From: Octopus vulgaris
Lineage: Eukaryota
NCBI GenBank assembly: GCA_951406725.2
Contig: OX597820.1
Span: forward strand, 127,906,001-127,970,000
Length of the DNA stretch: 64,000 nucleotides
Direction of reading: 5' to 3'
The first letter of the stretch is position 1, and every line of letters begins with the position of its first letter. Under the pieces are notes generated by a model. That model did not search any database, was not told the origin of the DNA, and worked only from the letters and a program-made list of their open reading frames with translations. Positions 1 to 13,756 of this stretch are shown piece by piece. Both the position numbers and the translations under genes were made by a program.

Positions 1-581
1 TGCAAGAATGAAGAAGAAATAAATAAAAAGGATAATAGAAAAGGTAAAGAATGACAAGGGAGGTAAAAGAGGAGGAAGTGGATGCGTAGAAAGTATTAGA
101 GATGAGCAGGGAAATGAAAGATTAAGAAAAAGGAAAATTGGTGGAGGATTATGGAGAAAGCGAGGAGACAAGGCTGTAAATGGTGAGGAGATAAGCGGCA
201 AATGAGAATAGAGCAATATCTAAATGATATTTTGATGTCGACGAAACAATGGAAAGTATTTCGAATCGAATTGTGCGGCAAGAAAAAGTTTGTCATTCGG
301 CTTCGATTCTCGATTAACATTACATCACTTCATTTAATTCTTCTAATGCATCGGAAGAAAGAGAGGAATGTCACAATGTCCCGGTCCTTAAGTATTCCTG
401 AAATAAAGGACGTCTCTGTATAGAAAAAGTATAAATACAGTTGTGGACCGATTCTTTTAATCACTTTCAATCCCTAGGTGGAACCGCCTCTCTCCATTTC
501 GGGAAAATATTCTTCATGGAATCATAGACAGACTGTTGATATAAAACTATAGAATTCTCCAGGAAGAACACATTGGAATAC

Positions 582-636
<55 letters not shown>

Positions 637-862
637 ATCACGTGACCGACCAGAGCATCAGATGTTGTTACACTTCGCTGGTCACAATGCGTTCGCATTG
701 TTTTAGCCTTCGAATGACGCCACCCTGCTGGCTAAGCGAGCAGGCCAATATATATATATATATATATAGTCAATAATAGAAGGGTAAAACTAATTAATTA
801 TTAATTAATAATTTTACCAAGTACTGTTCAGTATGTAAGAAGACCATTTACGGTATATTTAA

Positions 863-954
863 AACATTACGTTATATAATTAGGGTTCAGTAAAAAAAAT
901 TACTTTACCACACACCGAACTTTTTGTACTGAACCCTAATTATATAACGTAATG

Positions 955-956
<2 letters not shown>
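863..956. repeat. Perfect 30-bp inverted repeat (863-892 / 927-956) within a short element between (TA)n tracts
   Basis: AACATTACGTTATATAATTAGGGTTCAGTA followed, after a 34-nt spacer, by its exact reverse complement. Confidence 0.9.
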
Positions 957-1036
<80 letters not shown>

Positions 1037-1675
1037 TTACATCGCATTTTATGAGTAACGCATCGATGGTTTGATAGTCCCAACGTGGCACACATTGGTT
1101 CACTGTTATTTACGATGACAAAAGGAACAAAGGAGCGAAACATGGACAGATGAAATAACACAAAGTATTCTTACTCGAAAACCTCGGTGTACTTTGCTTG
1201 TCTCGTCGATGCTTACATCTTTTGCTGATATGAATTCATAAAAAAACATAAACATATGAGGGATTGCTGAAAAGTTTCTGTCATTTACGGTATTACGAAA
1301 TGCCAGGCTGGAGGCCCAACCATCCTTGTTCTTTTACAGGGCTTAGAAAAACTGAAGAGCCACTAGAATAAGTGTTATAGCCTCAATAAATATCTACTTA
1401 GTTGTAGAGCTGTCTACAGATGAAATACTTCGTTTAGGCGAATTAGAATGCGCTTTCTGGGGTAGATTTATGTGTGTGTAGTAGCTATACATGTCTATTT
1501 GCGCATGTGTGTATATGTATACACACATACGAGGGTGTGTGTATATGTATGTATATATTTACATAAATACATATATATATATATATATATGTGTATATAT
1601 ATATATATGAATATATGCATATATGCATATATGTATATGTAGGTTGGTGTGAGTACGAATACACACATACATATA

Positions 1676-2100
1676 TGCGCACAAGTGGCTCTGTGGTAAG
1701 TAGGTTGCTTACCAAACACATGGTTCCGGGTTCAGTCCCACTGCGTGGCACCTTGGGTAAGTGTCGTCTCCTACTATAGCCTTGGGCCGACCAAAGCCTT
1801 GTGAGTGGATTTGGTAGACGGAAACCGAAAGAAGCCCGTCGTATATATATATATATATATATGTGTGTGTATGTGTGTGTGTGTTTGTGTTTGTGTTTGT
1901 CCCCCCCCCCCCCAACATCGCTTGACAACCGATGCTGGTGTGTTTACGTCCCCGTCACTTAGCGGTTCGGCAAGAGAGACCGATAGAATAAGTACTAGGC
2001 TTACAAAGAATAAGTTCTGGGGTCGATTTGCTCGACTAAAGGTGGTGCTCCAGCATGGCCGTGGTCAAATGATTGAAACAAATAAAAGAAATAAAAGAAA
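1676..2100 (+). mobile_element. tRNA-derived SINE, family A, near full length with internal (TA)/(TG) tract
   Basis: A-box-like GTGGCTCTGTGG and B-box-like GGTTCAGTCCC. Homologous segments recur at about 9270-9630, 16810-16990, 29710-30035, 36775-36940, 42995-43290 (-), 46575-46975 and 50440-50640. Confidence 0.85.
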
Positions 2101-2871
2101 TATGTGTGTGTGTGTGTATGTGTGTGTGTATGTGTATGTATGTGTGTGTGTGTGTGTGTGTGTTACAGGACTAAGGAAATCCTTGTTCAATAAATTACAC
2201 AAGATATGTTATGATGTAGAGTTTATATACTTTTTATTGAAAGCATAACTTACCAATTCCTCTCGCTCATAATTCGACGCAATATTGAAGCATCTGTATG
2301 TCCCCTTTCACACACATTTCAGGCTTTATGCATTCAGAAAATATCGTATCTTGCATTTAACTACTCCATCGACGATAAGAAATTATGTTTATAATTATGA
2401 AAAGCAAATTGCTGAAATAAGATACATAAAATATCGATTATATGTTATCGATGAGGATCAGATCGATTGAAAGAATCCCAATGTATTGATTTTTAACCTC
2501 GGCATCAGGAAAAGTATTTGTGAGGACGGATATAATCGATTATATCGACTGCATTACATATTTTATACACAGAAGGATTCACAGCAAAGTCGATCCTATC
2601 GGGATTTGAACTTTGAATGTAAAGGATAATAATTAAGTGCTGCAATTCATTTTTGTTTGATCTTCAACCAATTCTGCCAATTCGTGACCCTTTAAAACAA
2701 ATCCATTATACAGTCGAGGCCTGCTAATTTGGCACCCTTAACAGCACTGGGTATTGCTACTATATATATGTCCCAGCATGGCCACAGCTCGTGAGCTGAA
2801 ACTATAATCAATCAATCAATCATATATATATCTGTGGGAAATTTGACTGGTGACTGTTGCTGCTGTTACTA

Positions 2872-3228
2872 TTGAGCGAACGGTCTTCGTCCCACAGCTC
2901 GCAAGATGGGAGAAGTCCGAAACGTGGTCCTTTGCTATTCGTAAGACCCGCAGAAGAGAAAGCAGGTCAATCCCCGACACCGAGAGCATCGACGGATGGA
3001 TGAATGCGCATCCAGGCTCAGCGGTTGCGTAGGAAGTCGGGGACAAGAAACAGGAAGAGAGAGTGAGAGAAAGTTGGAACGAAAGAATACACCAGGGGTC
3101 GTCACCACCCCCTGCCGGAGTCTTGTGGAGCTGTAGGTGTTTTCGCTCAATAAACACACACAACGCCCGGTCTGAGAATCGAAACTGCGATCCTCCGACA
3201 ACGAGTCCGCTGCCCTAACCACTGGGCC
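2872..3228 (-). mobile_element. tRNA-derived SINE, family C
   Basis: Minus-strand head TGGCCCAGTGGTTAGGGCAGCGGACTC...GTTTCGATTC; closely similar copy at 61650-62019. Confidence 0.85.
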
Positions 3229-3797
3229 AGACTGTTGCTGAAGCTGCCTCCTAAGGTTACTTCCGGAGTAAGAGAAGTGGTGAGAGAGGGGGGAGAAGAG
3301 AGATGAAGATCCCTTTATAGGGAGAGAAGCACTGTAGGGTTTATAATAATTATTACAATAAGAAATTTTTTTTCTTATGAGTAAAAGAATATTTGAAATA
3401 ATATTTCCATATAATCCATTTTTCTTTCCTTTTATGTCTCTTAGTAGTTGTAGAGAACACCATATTTATATATTCTTCTGTTTTTATTTATTTAATTTCT
3501 TCCCCTTAGGAAGCAGCTGGTTTCTAACAAATATACAAAGTTTCATCGTTGGAATGTAGATAGCAAATACAATATCACATTTTAAACTTGCGAAATGTTT
3601 TCTGAAAAGCATAGCTTATCCAAATTGACACGAAGGCATTTACTCACGAAGCCAAGTGCACCAATTACCATTGGTAGAAATGTGAATTTTTATAATCTGG
3701 ATATAGAAGCTGGAGGTTTCGAAGCAGTTGTATGTATGTATGTATGTATGTATGTATGTATGTATGTATGTATGTATGTATGTATGTATGTATGTAT

Positions 3798-4125
3798 GGA
3801 CTCAAGAGTCATCTTCGTAGTCATAAAGCGAGACAGATGAGTGACAACCTGGCCACTGGTGGTGGTGTAACACACCATACTAATCATATCTGTTGGGCAT
3901 GTGGAAGAGAGTGTAATTCGGCAGGAGGACTTAAACGACATGCAAAGGTACATGAAGCCCAGTTACAACTACAGCCGGCTATTACCAGTAAAGGTTTTAG
4001 TTGCCAATTCTGTACAAGACATTGTAGATCTTTGGGTGGGCTAAAAAGTCACATTCGATCACAGCACCAGTAACAGTTTAGCTTCGTGCAATGGCCATAC
4101 TCGATAACGAGGGGGCAGCCATCAC
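3798..4125 (+). mobile_element. 3' end of an RTE-type LINE: ORF2 C-terminus with C2H2-like zinc fingers plus 3' tail
   Basis: Translation GLKSHLRSH...CWACGRECNSAGGLKRHAKVH...CQFCTRHCRSLGGLKSHIRSQH*. Tail AGCTTCGTGCAATGGCCATACTCGATAACGAGGGGGCAGCCA is shared with the element at 49672-50222. Flanked by (ATGT)n. Confidence 0.7.
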
Positions 4126-4462
4126 ATCATGTATGTAGGTGTAATATACATATGTGTATGTGTGTTTGTGTGTGTGCGCGCGCGCGCGTGTATAAAAGTT
4201 TAATAATACCGAGTTGTACTTCAAATGTTACCAACTTCCAATCCTTCTGATACCCACATCTAGTGATTGCATAACTGCGTAATTGAGTGATATTTTCAAA
4301 GGACTGTTTGCCCTGAAATCGCTTTTCTCTCCAACTGTTTTACACTAAACCATATCAATAATACCGTGCCTAGTTCTGAATGTTCTGAGCTCTATTTTCC
4401 TTTTTAATATCTACACCATACAAACACCTATTCTTCTCTCTGAATAAACCATAAAATATATT

Positions 4463-4652
4463 AACAGATATTGTTGTATTGAGGAATGGTAATTTTGCCA
4501 GTTTAGCCAATAGAAACACACGCACTATATATTTGGTGTTACTTTGCTTCAGTGTTATTTATTTTTTACATTAATCTTAATCTTATTTCGGCCAGAGTTC
4601 TTTCGTCACACTCCTGGCAAAATGACCATTCCTAAATACAACAATATCTGTT
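4463..4652. repeat. Short element with 39-bp inverted arms (4463-4501 / 4614-4652); MITE or inverted pLTR fragment
   Basis: AACAGATATTGTTGTATTGAGGAATGGTAATTTTGCCAG versus CTGGCAAAATGACCATTCCTAAATACAACAATATCTGTT, with a few mismatches. Confidence 0.75.
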
Positions 4653-5719
4653 TCAACACACGATTTCACATAAAAAATCTTGCAAAACAAATATATAAAC
4701 GTAATATTAACATATACTTTTGTTCCTTAATGTCATAAATTGTTTTTAGAACCCATGTTGTATTCACGCACGATAACCTCCCAGTTTTCCCCTCTTTCAG
4801 ATGCATTGTGATTTCAATTTTCACATCTTTCCCAATCCAATATGTAAGTAGCTGGAGGCGGCCATGTGATGGTGCTTAAGGAAAACTTTGAAATGCAAAA
4901 ATATGCCATGCCGGCGAATGGGGAACCGAATCTTTTGAACTATTAGATGCCGGATTAATGGAAATGTAACATATTTCTTCTATTTTATCGTTGTTGGATA
5001 GATAAAAGTAAATGTGACACTAAACTTAGTTTTGTAGTAAAATACTGTCATGTGTTTATTCTGCCAAATCAATGCTGTAGAAATTTAAAATATTGGTTAA
5101 ATTTAACAGTATATTCGTTGAGATTGATGCACAAGCAATTATATTGATTTCTGTATACTAGTATTTATTTTATCAAATATACATTACATACTGTCGCGAA
5201 AAGAATCTGAATTTCTCATTTCTGTGGATCAGTGTTGGTTTCTTATTCCAAGAATCATTCAAAATAATTCATGTTCTTTGTTGAGGATTAATGCGCGTGT
5301 AGATTTTGTAGATTATTGCAATGAGTGCATGATTTTGAGTGTATTTGTATACGCGTGGAAGCATATGCTCTTGTGTGTGTAAATCACTCTGCAGTTGCAC
5401 GCATGTGAGTTCATTAAGAGAAGTAAACGATAAATGAGATAATAATTAGCCTGTTTGAAAATGCCATCCATTACAGCCATTTTATTGGCTTCCTGAGCAG
5501 GACACTACTTTTCACATCCTTATTACTCTCCTTCATCAAGATTTGAGGCATAGCTGAGTTTCGGAGAAATTTTGTGAGCTATACCAATGCATATTCAGTG
5601 GGAAATTCTCTCTTATCTCTCACTCTCATGTCATGCAAACATAAATGAAGACAACCTTGTTGTCTTTAAACAGTACATCAACAATGTATATAGGCCATGC
5701 ATTTTATACGCATACACTA

Positions 5720-5750
<31 letters not shown>

Positions 5751-5812
5751 TGTATGTATGTATGTATGTATGTATGAATGTATGTATGTATGTATGTATG
5801 TATGTATGTATG

Positions 5813-5846
<34 letters not shown>

Positions 5847-6133
5847 TGTATGTATGTACGTACGTATGTATGTATGTATGTATGTATGTATATATGTATG
5901 TATGTATGTTTGCATGTACGTATCAAAATTCGAAGTCACCGATGATATGGCTGTATCTGAGACCGTATGGAGCTTCTCTCCTTTGTCAGTTTATTAAGAT
6001 AGTGCTCTTGTGAGTAGTGAGTCGGTTTCACTCTTATTTCTAGCAATGCCGGTGCCGCTTTGTACACTCTGTCACTTTAGTGACGTCTGTTAGTTTGCCT
6101 CTGTGTGTATGTGCGTGTGTGTGTTTGTGTGTA

Positions 6134-6175
<42 letters not shown>

Positions 6176-6178
<3 letters not shown>

Positions 6179-7039
6179 CGTGCGATGGGTAAATTGTCGG
6201 CATTTTATTCTTTTAATTTCGTACATACGCATTGTTTGATTCTGATTTTGTCGACCACACAGTATAGTAGGGTCAGTTGAGTACCGTCTGTGAGAAAAAA
6301 GCACTATGCCGCTATTCAGTCTTTCAGAAATTTAGAAATGACATGCTGTACTGCTTGGCATTCGCGCAGGAAGCTCCAATAGGAAGAGTTCAGAGTGTTT
6401 GGGTGTCAATGTGAGGACAGTGCAGTCTGAGGACATGTACCGAGAGTGATAAAAATCAAACATCTGATCAGCATCATGGTGTTTGGAGTGATCACTAGTT
6501 ATGGCAATGTTATGCCTCTATTCATCTTCCCACGCGGCCTCAGACTCAATACAGAGGCCTACATCAAGTGCCTGGAGGAGGTAGTACTGACCTGGGTCAT
6601 GATGGTGGATGCTGGAAGACCCTATGTCTGGCAACAGAACTCTGAACCATGCCACACAATCAGGAGAACCTAGTCATGGCAGTCAGACAATTTATGCGAC
6701 CACATCAGCCCTAACATCTGGCCATTTAACTTCTCAGACAGCAAACTCCTTTATTATTGTGTGGGGTGCAGTTGCGCGAGAGACCAACAAAACTCCTTGT
6801 AACACCAAAGATGAACTGAAGGCAAGGATTAAGGAAGCATTCACTAATTTAAAGAAGTTGACCGTCGAGAAGAGTTGCAGGAGATTCCGAAGTCGTGTGG
6901 AGGCCGTGGTTGAAGCCAATGGTGATTTTATTGAATAAATTTACTTTTGAGTATTTCAAGATATTTTTTATTTAATTTTGGTAAATATATGAGTTAAACA
7001 ATGAGATGTGAGTGTTATTTTCATTTTTGCGTAATTTAC
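6176..7039 (+). mobile_element. Degenerate, internally deleted Tc1/mariner (maT/DD37D-like) transposon
   Basis: Starts TA|CAGCGTGCGATGG after (TA)n. Broken frames IMVFGVITSYGNVMPLFIF...YVWQQNSEPCH and VWGAVARETNKTPCNTKDELKARI...RSRVEAVVEANGDFIE. Confidence 0.8.
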
Positions 7040-7041
7040 AT

Positions 7042-7340
7042 GAAGGTGCATGGCCTAGTGGTCTGCGTGTTGCGCTCACAATCTAGCGATCATGATTTCA
7101 GTTCGTAGACGGGCAGTGTATTGTGTTCTTGAGCAAAATACTTCATCTTATGTTGCTCTGCGATCACTTCGATACCCGAGGGTCGGTACACCGTGTACCT
7201 GTTAATACAACGTTGATTTCCTGGGGAGAGGGATTTAATGTGTGGCATGAACATTTGATCACTATAAACAAATCCTTTGTGCAGGTCTTTCGGCAAAAGC
7301 TGAACGCTTATACGCTGTCCTCGACGAGAGAGTCCATCTT
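7042..7340 (+). mobile_element. Degenerate tRNA-derived SINE, same family as 44582-44880 and its inverted twin 44990-45290
   Basis: TGGCCTAGTGG head and TTGTGTTCTTGAGCAA body, shared with the 44.6-kb copies. Confidence 0.65.
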
Positions 7341-7359
7341 AGATCAATGCTAATGTAAA

Positions 7360-7830
7360 CAATCCTTTGTACTAAAAGCACAAAGCCTGAAATTTATGGG
7401 AAGGGAACTAGTCGATTACATCGACCCCAGTGTTTCGCTGGTACTTAATTTATGGACCCTGGATGGATGAAAAGCAACGTCGACCTCGGCGGAACTTGAA
7501 CTCAGAACGTGGAGACGGGCGAAATACCGCTAAGCATTTCGTGCTAACGATTCTGCCAGATTCTCTTAATGCTAATGCAAATAATAAACATCAAAATACA
7601 ACTAACGTACAAGAATCGTTCATAGTCAATATCGGTTTCAAATTTTGGCACAAGGCCAGCAATTTCGGGTGCGTGGGTAAGTCGATTATATCGACACCAG
7701 TGTTCAACTGGTACTTATTTTATCGATTCTGAAAGGATGAAAGGCAAAGTCGACCGCGATGGAATATGAACACAGAACATAAACACAGACGAAGAACTGC
7801 TAAGCATTTTGCCCTGCGTACTAGCAATTA
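7360..7830 (-). mobile_element. Two adjacent degenerate family-B SINE copies
   Basis: Reverse complement of the 41871 element (GTCGACCTCGGCGGAACTTGAACTCAGAACGT; CGACCCCAGTG). Confidence 0.7.
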
Positions 7831-10127
7831 ACTGTAACAGTTAATATTAAGTTTATACTCGAAGAAAGGAATAAGCATGTATGAATGTATTTATGCATTT
7901 GATAGGCTGAATTACATCCACATTGCTCAGATTTCATAGGTGCAGCTGACTGGATAACACATAAGAGATACGAGTTACTCTGCCCATTTGAGAACAGAGT
8001 CGATCATCTGCATCTGTTAGTTTTCTTTATCACACTCCCTCTCTCTCTCTCTCTCTGCCTCTCTGCCTGTTTGTCTCAGCGCGGCACGTATGTATATATA
8101 TATGTATGTATGCACGCATGTATGCATGTATGTATGTATGTATGTATGTATGTATGTATGTATGTATGTATGTATGTATGTATGTATGTATGTATGTGTG
8201 TATGTGTGCGTGTATAGATAGATAAATAGATAGATAGATACACACACACCCACACACATATAGATATATATATATTTATATACAGAATATGTATGGACAC
8301 AGCTGGCTATATGTTTCCATAATTTTGTGTGTGGATGAGTGTGGGTAAACATGCGCGTGTGCGCGCGCGCAGATATATTGGGATGGAAAACAGTTTATAA
8401 TGTAGTATCATTGCATGACCAGGCGTATTTAAAACAGCCGAGCTACGATATATGTTGAGGAAGCACATATATGTGCATACACAGACATATATAACATACG
8501 TGAATACACATATATATATATATATACATACAGACACACACACGTAGATACATACAGACACACACATGTAGATACATACACACACACACATGTAGATACA
8601 TACACACACACATGTAGATACATACACACACACACCTTCTTACATACATGCATATATATTATATATTCTGTTCATTTCATGGCTGAAAGTAATACGTTTG
8701 GTTCAGAGACGCACGCAGATTTATTAATCAGAAACATTACATTACCAAATCGTACACAGTCCAGCCAAGAAGGCACCGCGTACGTGGTCGGTTGATATGC
8801 TAGATACAGTAGCCATTTCCACATAATCCCTCAAACCAAGCAGCAATAACAACAACTAGCCCTGCTACAGCTGATGCGCAAGCCAACGACGTACCCTCTA
8901 TGTTGGTCTCTTAACCTGCTAGAAATAGCGTCAAATATCCCCCTCAAAGTTCCCAAACACGAAAAGGCTATTGATAGGAGATTGAATCTGAATTCATTAC
9001 ACGAAGTGGCAGAATAGATATAAAAAGCGTATCTAATAATCTTGTTAGGCCACCTCTTTAAGCTAGTAATTTATTTATCGACTCTAAAACGTTAAATGGC
9101 AGTCCTACCGTCGACAGGATTTGAACTCAGAACGTAAAGAGCCAGAAAACATGCCACAAGGCATTCTGCTGTACGCTCTAACTATTCTGCCACTTCACTG
9201 TTCTTGCAAAACCAATATTTTTTGATTTAGGTTCAAGGCTAGCAAATTTTAGGGGAAGGGCGTATGTCAATCGAGCCGAGCAAAGGTTTGTGGGAGGATT
9301 TCGTAGACGGAAGCAGAAAGAATCCCGTCGTATATCTATGCATGTATGTATGGATGTATGTACAGAAAAGGTGTGAGAGGGAGAGAGAGAGGGGGAGAGA
9401 GATGTGCGTGTGTCCCTTTGTGTCTGTATTTGTCTCCACCACCGCTTGATAATCGGTGTTGGTGTGTTTACGTCCTCGTTACCTAGCAGTTCGGCTAAGC
9501 CATCAACAAAATAGCTACCGGGCATAAAAAATAAAAGTACATGGGGTCGATTCATTCGACGAAAAATACTTCAAAAACGGTGTCCAGCATGACCGCAGTT
9601 TAATGGTTGAAACTAGTAAAAGATAAAAGATATGACATGCCACCCCTTTTCTTGGGATGTTTAGGTTCGTTTAGAACCGACGACATCATTTTCATACAAC
9701 AAATCTCCAACTTATTTGACAATGCCTAAGAAATGCAATGGATCAACTTGAATTCGAACTTGCATCAAAACTTCTATTCACCACGAAAATCAGCAGCATA
9801 TGCTGTGCTTCTAGTTCTTTACAAGGGTATAAATTAGAGAATTAATATCAATTGTACAGAGTTAAGCTATATACATGATCACTCTGCGAAAACTTCCATA
9901 AATTATATATATTTGCCTGTGTATATGTGTATGTAATACATATATACACATCCGCATGCGCGCACACATATACCTACTTACATACACATGCATGAGTGCA
10001 TGTATACGCAAACACACACGAACACACACATATACACATGTATGTATATATAATACAGTATTTATGTGTGAATTTATATGACTATACCTGTACGTATCTT
10101 TAATGCTATACATGTAAATCCCTAGGA

Positions 10128-10340
10128 CGCCATGATAGATCGTTAGCTCCTACACGCATTTTTTTCTCTCTTTGTTTCTCTCCTTGTTTTTTTCTGTGTA
10201 TCTTTCTGTCGAAGCGCGTAGGCTCGAAACGTAAAAGACTTGTTCTATTTCTATTCCTGAACGCCATACTAATACAATTGTTTGTTTGTACTCCACCTGC
10301 CTTCGTCTTTTGTTTATTTTCGTAAACCTTCCCGTTATAT
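10128..10340 (+). mobile_element. Solo PLE pseudo-LTR-like unit carrying a minimal hammerhead-like motif (10201-10238)
   Basis: Near-identical to 27378-27590 and homologous to the region 3' of the PLE ORF at 39030-39230; ends in (TA)n. Confidence 0.7.
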
Positions 10341-10420
10341 ATATATATATATGTGTGTGTATGTATGTATGTATGTATGTATGTATGTATGTATGTATGT
10401 ATGTATGTATGTATGTATGC

Positions 10421-10487
<67 letters not shown>

Positions 10488-10531
10488 CAGACAGACAGAT
10501 AGATAATTAGATAGATAGATAGATAGATACA

Positions 10532-10565
<34 letters not shown>

Positions 10566-11564
10566 CATAAGCGTACATACACATATGTCTGAATGTGGTC
10601 ATGTGTGTGCGTGTAAGTGTATGTGTGGTATGTTGTGGGGTGTGTGTGCGTGTGAGAGAGAGAGAGAGATGGTAGGGAGAGATTAGTGTTTTATTGTGTG
10701 TACAGAATCATGGTCTACTGAATGGTGACGCTAAACAACATTTTATAGAAAAAGACCTATGTGTTTAAATGGCGCTATGAACAGTTCCATTCGATAATGA
10801 ATGGTGCCGATGGAGCACAGAGCTTAATTTATAAAATGACGATTGAAATTGATAGAAAATCTATACAACTATTTGTAGCATAAGCTGAATACATATACAT
10901 TCCTGGTTAATCACGATGTGTGTTATAGATGGTGATACAGAAAACGAAAAATAATGTTATTCACAATAAAAAGAGAAGCAAAATGGTAAATTGGACACAG
11001 TTTGAAATACATCTAAATATAACAGCTCTGTTTAATTATTGATATAAAACTAAGGTAATGTGTAATGTAGTCGCTTGCGAAAGGTATCCATATGTTAGTA
11101 TTTAACCTCTGTTTGGAGGCGTTAAGCGGTTGAAAAACAAATTTCCCAACTTCTACATTCGACAACGGTCTATCGCAGATAATATCACTTGTGCAATAAT
11201 TAATCACCACAGACCGACAGATATGTTGGTTGAGGTTATGCGCAATAAAGACATCTGCTTAGAGACTGTATGTCGTGTATTTCAATGTGTGTGCCTGTGC
11301 GCGGGGTGTTTGTGTCTGTGTATGTATGTATGTATGTATGTATGTATGTATGTATGTATGTATGTATGTATGTTTCTCTTCCGTTTTTAACCATTTAAAT
11401 TCTTCCTTTCAAGAAAGTACTGATTTCTAACAAAGATACAAAGTTCCATCATTGGAATGTAGATAACGAAAACAATGTCACAATTTAAACTTGAGAAAAC
11501 TCTTGTATAGTTTTCTGTTCCGCTTATGTATGTATGTATGTATGTATGTATGTATGTATGTATG

Positions 11565-11595
<31 letters not shown>

Positions 11596-11616
11596 GTATG
11601 TATGTATGTATGTATA

Positions 11617-12750
11617 CAGGGAGTCCGGGCTGAATTTGACGGTTTGCATAAAAAGAAAAGAAATCATAATATCACATCCAAAAATAAAAGTATTTAAAAA
11701 TATGAAACATATCAATTAAATTATGGTTTGGAGATAACAGTGTCTCAAAGCAGCCGCATTCTACTTCCACCACAGCTTCAGGACAGCCCCAGAACTTAGC
11801 GCTTCCCTTCCTCACTCCAGCTCTGGGAAGATCTTTGAGCATCTTGATTTGGTCTCTAGCTCAGCCTTAGTATTGTAAGCAGAGCAGTTAGTGTCTTTCT
11901 CAACCACACACAGTAATCCATGGGATAACAATCGTGGGAATTAGCAATTAGAAATTGGGGCTGGTGAAGTCGTAGAAATTCGCGGCAACCACTTCTGACT
12001 CTTACCGATATTTGACTACAGTTCCAGCAGCTTCATATAACCGTCTCATTTGAGCCTAAGGCCTTGTTCAAAGATGTGGGGCGGCATGCCGTCACCCTTA
12101 CTTGAGACTCAAAGACCATCAGAGTTTGGGGTAACTTGGTTTCCATGTTACGTGGGACATCGCATGCATTGTAGGCAAGCCAGCTTTTGTTCTGAATGGT
12201 ATGAAACTGGTCCTGGCAGAAGTTCTTTTCATTTGAGAAGAACCAGATCATCCCAAGCACAACAGCATCTCTCATCTTGTTCGTGAGATTCTTTATCTTC
12301 GTCAAGTGATTCTCCTTGGCTATGGCTGTTAGAATTTGTCCCTTGCTCTTTTTGCACGTGTGGTAGCGAAGGACCTCATTCAGGGTTAGCTTTTTGGTGG
12401 CAACTCTAACACCCATCTCTCCCGTCAAAGCCCGAATTCTCTTGCTCGAATCTTCCATCAACTTGTCTTGCAATGGTTGGATAAATCATCGCGTACGGAC
12501 ACCTTCAGAATTCCTGTCTTGTCTTTTCATGCTGGCCACGGCTACGCAGTTTGCGTTGCAGCTCTTCAGGTCATACCCAACAGCCTTTGCGGTATCCACA
12601 GAGCGTTGAACATCAGTCATGGAGTCGGCATTTTGATACTCGGCGCAAATCATCATGACACAGATAAATATTTTCCAGTATTCAGATGGCTCCATGTCAG
12701 TTAAATTTTTCTCAAACAAAAATTTAATATTTACGTTCACTTATGACCCT
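11617..12750 (-). mobile_element. Degenerate maT/DD37D-like Tc1/mariner transposon
   Basis: Terminus TA|CAGGGAGTCCGGGCTGAATTTGACG; minus-strand frame MIWFFSNEKNFCQDQFHTIQNKSWLA...ETKLPQTLMVF (decayed FSDEK motif). Confidence 0.8.
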
Positions 12751-13446
12751 GACTGTTTACCGATACATCAAGTTGTTCCTGAAAAAAAGGAGGCATAAAA
12801 TTTCGTTAAACTTAGCCCGAAACCACTGGATATAATGGATTCCTCTGTCGTAAACGACAGTTGACTGTTTTTAATAAACTGCACAGATTGTTTGTTTATA
12901 GTGATCAAATATTTGTGCTGAACATTGTCATTTCTCCCATCAAATCGACATTGCTTGTACAAGTACACGGTGAATCATGCCAATTATCAAACTGATCTCA
13001 GAGCGAGGTGAAACGAAGATTTCTGGGTCATGTGTCTGTGTGTACACATAAATAAGTATTGATTTCTACTTCAGAACACAAAGCCATACATAGTATAGTC
13101 TATCGAAACAACCTCAGTACACAGATAGTACTTAAAATCCTACAAGAAAAAAAGAAAGGTAAATATGACAAGCTTGATGAGATGTGAACTTAAACTTAGT
13201 ATGACAATTCTATGCCACGAGTTATTTACTTCACAGCTTTTCCGTTACTACCACTTTGCTGTTTTTATAGATAATAATTATGCGAAGATTCTTACCGAGA
13301 CAAAATGTACAACTTTCGTCATGGGTCTGTGTATAGTGTTACGTTGTATTTTACAGCATCTTAACTATAGACATGTATTAGCGACATAGGTAGTATTAAT
13401 ACAGAGAAGTAATATTTATCCCCACTAAAATGTGGGCGTTCTGTCG

Positions 13447-13756
13447 GAACAAACTATACTGCGGTAGATACCCCGAGAGAAACTCTCATATTGGCTTTTG
13501 GTGCAAAATGCACTCTTGTTTATATTGTTAGCGGGGAGATGAATCCTCGCCATCACCAGCGCCGAGACCATCAGATCACGTGATTTCGACCTTCATTAGT
13601 TTCTTGTTTTTTTATGATCGACGCTCAACCTCCAGAGATGGCGCTGGAGGTGACAGGGATTTATTTCCCCGCTAGCGATATAAACAAAAGTGCATTTTGC
13701 ACCAAAGGCAAATATGAGAGTTTCTCTCAGGGTAACTATCGCAATATAGTTTGTTC
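13447..13756. mobile_element. MITE-like element with about 115-bp imperfect terminal inverted repeats
   Basis: 13447-13563 (GAACAAACTATACTGCG...GAGAGAAACTCTCATATT...GGTGCAAAATGCACT...CCAGCGCC) is reverse-complementary to 13640-13756. Confidence 0.8.

Noticed and set aside
2850-3032. ORF apparently conserved with 61616..61810 (ERTVFVPQLARWEKSETW...)
   Set aside because: It is the antisense reading of two copies of SINE family C; the similarity reflects repeat identity
4580-4615. Minus-strand GUGACGA...GAAA hammerhead-like string inside the inverted repeat
   Set aside because: C3 is changed without compensation and the stems do not pair
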